IMG/VR virus record: IMGVR_UViG_3300043423_000058
Location: 1-25,142 of that record
From: a virus
Lineage: Duplodnaviria > Caudoviricetes
Length of the DNA stretch: 25,142 nt
Direction: 5' to 3' (one strand)
Made by a program: the position numbers and the translations under genes. This document shows, piece after piece, positions 18,639 through 25,142 of the stretch. The first letter of the stretch is position 1. The number at the start of each line of letters is the position of its first letter. The notes beneath the pieces were generated by a model. The model saw only the letters and a list, made by a program, of their open reading frames with translations. It had not been told where the DNA came from and searched no databases.

Positions 18639-18791
18639 ATGAATACTGAAAAAATTTTCGAATTGATCGCTATGATCAGTCAATTAAAAACAAACTATAC
18701 AACCCATGAGGATTTCCCGAATACAAAAATGTTGGGGTTGATCGACCATTTAGAAAACTTACTTTTAAAGGAAATTATAGAAAATGGATAA
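18639..18791 (+). CDS. Small hypothetical protein (50 aa, not in the ORF track)
   Basis: MNTEKIFELIAMISQLKTNYTTHEDFPNTKMLGLIDHLENLLLKEIIENG fills the gap exactly and overlaps the uvsX start. Confidence 0.55.
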   Translation: MNTEKIFELIAMISQLKTNYTTHEDFPNTKMLGLIDHLENLLLKEIIENG

Positions 18792-19974
18792 AGATATATT
18801 ATCGGCATTGGCGGAAATTGATAGCGTAAATCCTTACGCCTCATTTTTAAATGAGTCATCACTATCGAATATTGATGGTTTTATCGACACTGGAAGTATG
18901 GTTTTAAATGCTATTATTTCTGGGTCTGTTTATGGGGGTATTCCGAAGGGTCGTCTAACGCAATTGGCTGGGCCAAGTTCCACCTTTAAAAGTGGCTTTG
19001 TTCAGCAAATTATGGCAAACGCCCAGAAAGATGGATTGACGGTGGTTATTTTCGATAGTGAAAATGCTATAGACTCCGAAAGTGCTGCTAATCTGGGGTT
19101 GGATATTTCCAAGGTTAAACACGTCCCATCCACAACCCTAGAAGGATGTAGAAACGCCATTTATAAGTTTTTAACAGGGGTCAAAGAAAAGGGATTAGAG
19201 GGTAAATTTTTAATCGCTATTGATTCGGTTGCCAATATGCAATCCGAAATGGAGTTGACTAGAATGGAAAAGGAAAGTGTATCGGCAGATATGGGTTCTT
19301 TCGCCAAAGCAGTTAAGAGTTTGCTTAAAACATGTATCAACATGTCCACATTGACCAAAACCACTATTGTCATGACCAATCATGTGCATGACAATCCCGC
19401 CCAAATGTTTCCATCAATTGAGCAAAATATTTCTGGCGGTAAGGCAGCTTATTATCTACCGACAGTCACTGTTCAACTAGCTAGAAAATTAGTCGCTGAT
19501 GATGATGGTAAAACAATCGATTCAAAACTTACAGTGGGCCAGAAAAAATACTCTGGTGTTGTTATTAGAGCATTGACTACGAAAAACCGGATCATCCAAC
19601 AATATTTGGAAGGCGAGATGTATTTATCATTCTCTAAAGGACTTAATAAGTATTATGGCCTCGCCGAAATAATGAGGGGTATGGGGGTCATTGTGCTCAA
19701 TGGTAAGATTTATTCGGATTGGGAAGGCGGCAAGCTGGGCTTTTTGAAAGCGTGGCGGTCTGATAAAGAGTTGTGGGAAAACAAGTTGATCCCAGAGCTT
19801 GAAAAGAGGATCAAAACACACTGGTCGTATGGTAATCTCAAAGATGATGAAGAAATTCCAGATGAAGATCCCATTATATATAGCGAAGAATCCGATAATC
19901 CTCTAGACGCTTTGAAGAAACTTAAGAAAAAAGTTTCGGATAAGTTGGACAAAATTGAAACTAACGAAGAGTGA
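18784..19974 (+). CDS. uvsX: RecA-like recombinase UvsX
   Basis: IDTGSMVLN, AGPSSTFKS (UvsX-type Walker A with F), FDSENA, IDSV, TNH and SGG. Confidence 0.92.
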   Translation: MDKDILSALAEIDSVNPYASFLNESSLSNIDGFIDTGSMVLNAIISGSVYGGIPKGRLTQLAGPSSTFKSGFVQQIMANAQKDGLTVVIFDSENAIDSESAANLGLDISKVKHVPSTTLEGCRNAIYKFLTGVKEKGLEGKFLIAIDSVANMQSEMELTRMEKESVSADMGSFAKAVKSLLKTCINMSTLTKTTIVMTNHVHDNPAQMFPSIEQNISGGKAAYYLPTVTVQLARKLVADDDGKTIDSKLTVGQKKYSGVVIRALTTKNRIIQQYLEGEMYLSFSKGLNKYYGLAEIMRGMGVIVLNGKIYSDWEGGKLGFLKAWRSDKELWENKLIPELEKRIKTHWSYGNLKDDEEIPDEDPIIYSEESDNPLDALKKLKKKVSDKLDKIETNEE

Positions 19975-20011
19975 AAAAAAAAGGCGACCAAATATTTGGT
20001 CGCCTTTTTTT
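19974..20011. terminator. Bidirectional intrinsic terminator
   Basis: A-run, GGCGACCAAAT/ATTTGGTCGCC and T-run between convergent genes. Confidence 0.85.
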
Positions 20012-20013
20012 GT

Positions 20014-21678
20014 TTAATCATTTAACATCAACCATTGCCCATAGTTAATTACTTTTTTGTATCCACGATCAACGAATTGTCCTCGTTGCGAACCAAATTT
20101 ATTATCTCGTTGGGTCTGTTCTTCCATATATGATAGAACAGACTCTTGCACAGGTTCCCAATCTGATGCTTTTTGATTAAATATTTCGAGTTGGGAACTC
20201 AATCTGGAAATAATTTGTTTCAATTCCCTAATTCTCGATGGGTCATTCTCGGTTTGGAGTTCTTCCTGTGCGAACTGTATCTTTTGGTCGATATCACTAA
20301 TTTTTCTATTCCAAGGATTCTTTTGAGATTTCGGAATATCATCAGAAGTATCGATATATTCCAATCTTTTCTTCATCTTGGAAAGATCGATTAAATCTTT
20401 AGATACATCTTCTCCAGATGCTTGTTTACGTTCTATTTCCTTTTCTTTAGCGAAAATAATAGTCTGTTGATTACCGGATGATGTTGATGATGATTTAACA
20501 TCATTTCCTTTCAGCCTCATCATCAGATCTGAAATTTTATCTTCATATCTACGTGTCAGTTCAGCGTCTAGAGCTTCTCGCTCCTTTCTATGGGCAGATA
20601 ACCATTCCCCAAACATCTCCTTTTGGTCCGACGTTTGTAAAACCTTATTAATAACATCTTCGTCATACCCTTCGAATTGTTTCTCATCTTCTTGGGTTTG
20701 ATAAATATCCTCCACCGAATTAGACTCGATTTTTTTTACAATATAATCGAATAATTCAATTATCGGTTTCGGAGACGATGGTTGCTGTTTGATAGAATTT
20801 ACGAGCTTTAAGAATCCTGTGAGAGTTTGACCAGTTCCTGCTTCGATTTTGGCGTCGATGGTAGTCATAAGATTTCCGATATAAGCATCAAAAATATTAT
20901 CGGATATTCCCTTCATAGATTGTTTCAACTTACTTGAGGGATCTTTAGATGCCCACATGCTAACTTCTTCTTTATCATCCAGATCACCACTAGCTCTCAG
21001 TTTTTCTCTAAATGCTGAGATTTCGCTCAAAATGGTTGATATATCAGTGGCGGTTTTAACGTTAGGATCGACCGATTCTGTTGTTTTGATGGAGTATTTA
21101 CTTTTTTCACCACTTCTACTCAATGAGGTCTTTCTTGAACCCATCATAGTGTTCATTTGTTTGATTAACGGCTCTAATATAGCGGTCATTTGCATGAAAG
21201 ATACTCTATCTAATCCTGTAGTATCTGCGAATTCGCGACTTTTACCACTAGTCCTACTCTGATTTTTGGAAGTTTGTTGTGCGTAAATTTTAAACTGTCG
21301 GATTTTATCCGGGTCTGTTAAATCATTGATTATTGATGGGACCACTTCTGGATTAGTTTGGAGGACTTTATTTAAATATTTGGTCGCTAAAATTTTAACT
21401 GGTGATTGTTGTTTTGGGATATCATTCCAAGCCTCTTGTTCTTGGTCTGATAAATAATCCTCGATTATATAATAGATATATCTGAAGGCAAAAACATCAA
21501 TTGATGACGAATTCGCTATTCCGTATTCAGATTTTAGAAAATTTCGCAGTCCTTTATATGCAGATAAAAGTTCCGGGGTAGGATTTGCTATGCCGGGGAG
21601 TGTTGATGGGCGACCACCCGCCATTTCGGTTAGGATATCAGCACGTTCGACAAAATAATCAAAATTTACAGAAGACAT
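20014..21678 (-). CDS. Large helical hypothetical protein (554 aa), possible virion-internal protein
   Basis: TTAAATA 5 nt before the ATG; N-terminus FDYFVE..ILTEMA; coiled-coil-like C-terminal half. Confidence 0.75.
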   Translation of the reverse strand: MSSVNFDYFVERADILTEMAGGRPSTLPGIANPTPELLSAYKGLRNFLKSEYGIANSSSIDVFAFRYIYYIIEDYLSDQEQEAWNDIPKQQSPVKILATKYLNKVLQTNPEVVPSIINDLTDPDKIRQFKIYAQQTSKNQSRTSGKSREFADTTGLDRVSFMQMTAILEPLIKQMNTMMGSRKTSLSRSGEKSKYSIKTTESVDPNVKTATDISTILSEISAFREKLRASGDLDDKEEVSMWASKDPSSKLKQSMKGISDNIFDAYIGNLMTTIDAKIEAGTGQTLTGFLKLVNSIKQQPSSPKPIIELFDYIVKKIESNSVEDIYQTQEDEKQFEGYDEDVINKVLQTSDQKEMFGEWLSAHRKEREALDAELTRRYEDKISDLMMRLKGNDVKSSSTSSGNQQTIIFAKEKEIERKQASGEDVSKDLIDLSKMKKRLEYIDTSDDIPKSQKNPWNRKISDIDQKIQFAQEELQTENDPSRIRELKQIISRLSSQLEIFNQKASDWEPVQESVLSYMEEQTQRDNKFGSQRGQFVDRGYKKVINYGQWLMLND

Positions 21679-21694
21679 ACCCTTATTTAACTAT

Positions 21695-21722
21695 TTGACT
21701 CTAGAATTCCCCGTGCTAGAGT
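21695..21722 (+). promoter_or_regulatory. Sigma70-type promoter, probably leaderless
   Basis: TTGACT-N16 (ending TGC)-TAGAGT-N6-ATG. Confidence 0.6.
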
Positions 21723-21728
21723 CGATAC

Positions 21729-22424
21729 ATGGAGATCAAGAAGCCACGATTCATATCAGCTACGACAAAAAAGGACTCAAGAGATACGACACTGGCAAAG
21801 TCCTTATATAATGTAGAATGGGGCAAATTATTATACGGTAAATATTTCGTAGAAAACAAAGAAGCCCTATCAACAATATACAACTTATCAATCACTCAAG
21901 CTTTAAAAGATGATGTGGATTGTTTGATCCTAATCCACGATGACGTAATTCTAGAAGAAGACCCGATTCCTAAGTTAGAGAAATTATTTGATGATTATGA
22001 TTTAGTTGGAGTAGCTGGAGCATCTAAAGTAGAATTAAAATCGCCAGCATTGTGGCATTTAATGGGTGGGGGATTTGTCGGGGGGAACCTACATGGTAGT
22101 GTCCAACACACTCATCAAGATGATACTCATGATTTTCGAAAAAATAAAACATTCTTCGGACCATATCCCCATAGAGTAGTAATGATCGATGGTGTTTTCA
22201 TGGCGTTAAACCGAAAGGTTATGGAAACAATTAGCTTCGATGATAAATGTCCGTCGAAGTTCCATATGTATGATATCGGATTTTCCCTTTCTTGTCACTT
22301 AGCTGGTTTAAAAGTTGGTGTCGGTAATATTTCGATTACGCACGAATCTCCGGGACTTCGAGAAGTGACCCAAGATTGGGTAGACGGTGACAAATATTTC
22401 ATTTCGAAATATGCCGATCTATGA
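21729..22424 (+). CDS. Glycosyltransferase, GT-A fold (GT2-like)
   Basis: YN, ILIHDDV, LVGVAG, IDGVFMA, FHMYD and HESPG motifs. Confidence 0.85.
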   Translation: MEIKKPRFISATTKKDSRDTTLAKSLYNVEWGKLLYGKYFVENKEALSTIYNLSITQALKDDVDCLILIHDDVILEEDPIPKLEKLFDDYDLVGVAGASKVELKSPALWHLMGGGFVGGNLHGSVQHTHQDDTHDFRKNKTFFGPYPHRVVMIDGVFMALNRKVMETISFDDKCPSKFHMYDIGFSLSCHLAGLKVGVGNISITHESPGLREVTQDWVDGDKYFISKYADL

Positions 22425-22426
22425 AT

Positions 22427-22613
22427 GTGAACTACCTCTGGGCTGAAGACCCAGAGGCTTCGATTTAAAAATCTTTCGACATTAAATCTCATTTTAAACG
22501 CTTCATTGAGAATAGTTTCAATAGTGATATTACTACCACCATCCAGAGCTTTTCCCTCCACGTTCGTAAAACGCCGTTCCGGCGAGTGAATGATATAGAC
22601 CTCATTCAGGTCA
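22427..22613 (-). ncRNA. Putative stand-alone TnpB-type omegaRNA
   Basis: Follows CTAAATA (22624-22618). Contains GACCT/AGGTC and CGCCG/CGGCG hairpins and a CGTGGAG..GCTCTGG..TGAAAC..ATGAAGCG layout like IS605 tnpB 3' ends, and finishes in the right-end hairpin and TCAC. Confidence 0.6.
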
Positions 22614-22630
22614 CTATTATTTAGTCTTTT

Positions 22631-22660
22631 AGTTTTAACTTTTTATAAAAAGTTAAAACT
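22631..22660. repeat. Perfect 30-bp palindrome inside the element
   Basis: AGTTTTAACTTTTTATAAAAAGTTAAAACT equals its own reverse complement. Confidence 0.9.
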
Positions 22661-22758
22661 TGTTTTGTTCGAGCCATCCCCTAGGCTAAAGACCTAGGGG
22701 TTTTGGTCTCACCGTTTTGATAAATATATAATGAAAAAATTAATAACCAATATACCCA

Positions 22759-24078
22759 ATGCCGCTGGATCTCGATGAATATGAAAAAATTATTTGCTAT
22801 AAATCTATTACTGACTCTGCGTATCTATCAACAATAGCTGATTATATCAAACCAGAGTATTTTGAAAATCAAAACATAGCAGAATACTTCAAAATCGTAA
22901 ATGATTTTTACGATAAGAGAAAAAAATTACCAACATTCACGGAGGTTAAGACGTATCTAACCAATGATATACTTAAACACAACTTCCGTAAGCTTCTTGA
23001 GTCATTCAAGACTTTGGATAAAGAGCTTGATAAGGATGAATTATATGAAAACACTGAGAAATTCTTAAAGGAAAGAGCTACTTGGTGCCAGATGTTGGAT
23101 ATTGCGGAGAATGCTGAAGATAAAGTAAAGAATCCACAGAAAGTTCTGGAAGCATTTGATGAGATTTGTAAAATAAGTTTGAATACTAATAAAGGTATTG
23201 AAATTTATAAAGATGTTGATTCAATTATTGATGATATTCTGAATGTGGAAAATTATATCTCATCTGGGTGGGAATGGTTGGACGATGCTCTTGGTGGTGG
23301 ATATTTAGAGTCTGGTAAAGCCCTATATATGTTCGCTGGACAGGCTAATATCGGCAAGAGTATCTTTCTAGGGAATGTAGCAGCAAATATTGCCAAACAG
23401 GGCAAGAGCGTCCTTGTGATCTCTCTGGAGATGTCGGAAATGGTTTATGCGAAGAGAATCGCATCTAATATTTCAAAGATTCCGATGAAGGATTTTAAAT
23501 TCAATACCCATTCTCTTCGGTCATTGTTAATGGATGAGAAGAAGAGTAATCCAGATGGTAAGATTTTCGTCAAAGAGTTTCCCCCATCATCGATAACAGT
23601 GAAGCAACTAGAAGCATTTATTAAAAAATTAATTGATTCTGGGGAGAACTTAGATGCGATCGTAATCGATTATCTGTCCTTGATGACAACTTCATTTGGA
23701 TCAAACTCATATGAGAGAATTAAACATATATGCGAACAGGTCCGGTCATTATCATACGTCTTCAACTGCCCAGTCATTTCCGCTGTGCAGATGAATAGAT
23801 CACAGTATTCAAAAGAAAATCCCGGAATGGAAGGAATAGCAGACAGCTTAGGTGTTGCGATGACTGCTGACTGCATCATGTCAATTTTCCAATCGGAAGA
23901 GGACCAAGAATTAGGAATTATTAAATTAGGAATGATTAAAAATCGATATGGTGCTAGAGGCATGGTTCAACCGATGAGAATCGAATATGAAACCCTCACT
24001 GTATTACAAAGCGAAGAATCAGCAGAATTGATGGACGATGATGATTTGAGTATATTAGAACGCCTAACATCAAAATGA
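22759..24078 (+). CDS. 41: Replicative DnaB-like helicase (gp41-like)
   Basis: GQANIGKS, ISLEMSE, VKEFPP, IVIDYL, SAVQMNR and KNRYG motifs. Confidence 0.93.
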   Translation: MPLDLDEYEKIICYKSITDSAYLSTIADYIKPEYFENQNIAEYFKIVNDFYDKRKKLPTFTEVKTYLTNDILKHNFRKLLESFKTLDKELDKDELYENTEKFLKERATWCQMLDIAENAEDKVKNPQKVLEAFDEICKISLNTNKGIEIYKDVDSIIDDILNVENYISSGWEWLDDALGGGYLESGKALYMFAGQANIGKSIFLGNVAANIAKQGKSVLVISLEMSEMVYAKRIASNISKIPMKDFKFNTHSLRSLLMDEKKSNPDGKIFVKEFPPSSITVKQLEAFIKKLIDSGENLDAIVIDYLSLMTTSFGSNSYERIKHICEQVRSLSYVFNCPVISAVQMNRSQYSKENPGMEGIADSLGVAMTADCIMSIFQSEEDQELGIIKLGMIKNRYGARGMVQPMRIEYETLTVLQSEESAELMDDDDLSILERLTSK

Positions 24079-24142
24079 ACCATTAAAAAAATACCACTAT
24101 TTCAAAACGAAGTAGCATTGACTATCATTACTTTTATGTTAA

Positions 24143-25006
24143 ATGATTGGTGTGAGTGAAATTTTTATTTGGAGTAATTCAGATCTTGATGGAGCTTGTT
24201 CCGTAATCTTACTCGGGCAGGTTTTTAAAAAATTTGGGTATAGATCCTGTTTCTTTGGCAACTTCGAAGAGGAATATTTAAAATGGTCTAAAACTGAGTT
24301 AGAAAACTACAATAAGGTATTCGTAGTTGGAATGGTTATAGACCAACGATTACTCAATAAAATCGACGATCCTAGATTGGTGTTCGTTTCGGATCGTGGA
24401 GAAAAACTATCATCGTATGATTCCATGTTAATATTTGAAGAATCTTCGTCTTGTTCTAAATTAATTTATAAAAAATTCAAAAAAATCAAGGATTTCCCGG
24501 TAGATGTTAAGAAATTACTAGTATATATTGATGATTATAATGAATATATACTAAAACACAAAGAATCCGAGTATTTAAATGCAATTTATCGGAGAATGGG
24601 ACATAGAAACTTTTATAAGTTTGTCGATAGGTTTTTCGATGGATATGATGGTCTCACCGACAAAGAAATTGATCTAGCTGAGGGATTTTTTAAAGAAATT
24701 ACTAACGAGGTATCGACAATTGACCTTTATTTTGGGAAATTTAAAGACTGGAAGGTTCTAGCAGCCTTCTCCAAGCTCTCGGTGAACGAAATTTCCAAAG
24801 AATTGATGGACAAACAGAAAGCGGATGTTATTGTGGTCGTCAACCCGAATACGAAGTTCGTCTCTTTCCGAAAACCAATCGGTTCTCCCGCCGATATCAT
24901 TTACATGGCCGAAAATCTTTGCGATGGTGGAGGTGGAGAGTGGGCATCTGGGGGGTCTATGACCGAAAAATTTTTGGGATTTACTGTAAATTTAGAAAAA
25001 TTATGA
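24143..25006 (+). CDS. DHH/DHHA1-fold protein with degenerate motifs
   Basis: SDLDG motif 1, SCSKLIY, IDDY and VSFR..GGG.EWASGG. The DHH triad appears replaced. An alternative start is GTG at 24152. Confidence 0.7.
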   Translation: MIGVSEIFIWSNSDLDGACSVILLGQVFKKFGYRSCFFGNFEEEYLKWSKTELENYNKVFVVGMVIDQRLLNKIDDPRLVFVSDRGEKLSSYDSMLIFEESSSCSKLIYKKFKKIKDFPVDVKKLLVYIDDYNEYILKHKESEYLNAIYRRMGHRNFYKFVDRFFDGYDGLTDKEIDLAEGFFKEITNEVSTIDLYFGKFKDWKVLAAFSKLSVNEISKELMDKQKADVIVVVNPNTKFVSFRKPIGSPADIIYMAENLCDGGGGEWASGGSMTEKFLGFTVNLEKL

Positions 25007-25022
25007 AACAACGAAATTTTAT

Positions 25023-25142
25023 CAAAACGGTGAGACCAAAACCCCTAGGTATTTAGCCTAGGGGATGGCTCGAACAAAACAATTTTTAATTTTTTATAAA
25101 AAGTTATAACTAAAAGACTAAATAATAGTGACCTGAATGAGG
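25023..25142 (+). mobile_element. Second copy (inverted, truncated by the window) of the 22427-22719 element
   Basis: Reverse complement of 22600-22719 with 4 substitutions; preceded by the same TTTAT target (25018-25022). Confidence 0.92.

Larger units (their letters stand above)
22427..22719 (-). mobile_element. 293-bp non-autonomous IS200/IS605 element (no ORF)
   Basis: Left end TTTAT|CAAAACGGTGAGACC-AAAA-hairpin CCCCTAGG/CCTAGGGG (22700-22678). Right end GAAG-hairpin CCTCTGGG/CCCAGAGG (22457-22435)-TAGTTCAC. A second copy starts at 25023. Confidence 0.85.

Noticed and set aside
22295-22561. 88-aa minus-strand ORF starting inside the element
   Set aside because: It runs through the RNA scaffold and antisense into the glycosyltransferase; no TnpA or TnpB motifs.
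22731-22778. Short ORF MKKLITNIPNAAGSR after TAAATA, one base out of frame with the helicase
   Set aside because: It could be a uORF or a 1-bp indel, but the helicase has its own ATG at 22759 and no slippery site is evident.
15473-24078. Inteins or introns in the polymerase, UvsX or helicase
   Set aside because: Protein lengths are normal and the conserved motifs are contiguous.
2538-25142. CRISPR array interpretation of the recurring CCTAGGTCTTTAGC / GTGAACTAC motifs
   Set aside because: The copies are dispersed, not regularly spaced, and match IS200/IS605 end hairpins.
1-25142. Stop-codon reassignment; tRNA or rRNA genes
   Set aside because: Core genes are full length in the standard code and end in TAA, TAG and TGA. 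No cloverleaf or rRNA-like sequence was seen.

Overview
AT-rich segment of a large T4-like dsDNA phage genome; TAA, TAG and TGA all act as stops. The right part is the T4-type recombination/replication cluster on the + strand: uvsY, uvsW, gp55 sigma, gp47, gp46, gp43 polymerase, uvsX, gp41 helicase and a DHH-fold gene, with two glycosyltransferases interleaved. The left part is mostly on the - strand: phoH, a retropepsin-like protease, a GIY-YIG nuclease, a possible ART-fold protein and several probable virion-internal proteins. The most interesting content is a set of IS200/IS605 and IS607 elements that look phage-adapted. (1) A 293-bp ORF-less IS605-type element appears to encode only a TnpB-type omegaRNA behind a phage late promoter. 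It is inserted into a TATAAATA late promoter, and a second, inverted copy starts at the window end. (2) Two collapsed relics of the same family are present. (3) A TnpB-only IS607-type element has a compact pseudoknotted omegaRNA, and its removal restores an in-frame ORF. (4) A second IS607 element starts at the left edge. The larger elements all carry the phage CTAAATA late-promoter motif. Many genes look leaderless. All calls come from motif recognition by eye; no searches were run.
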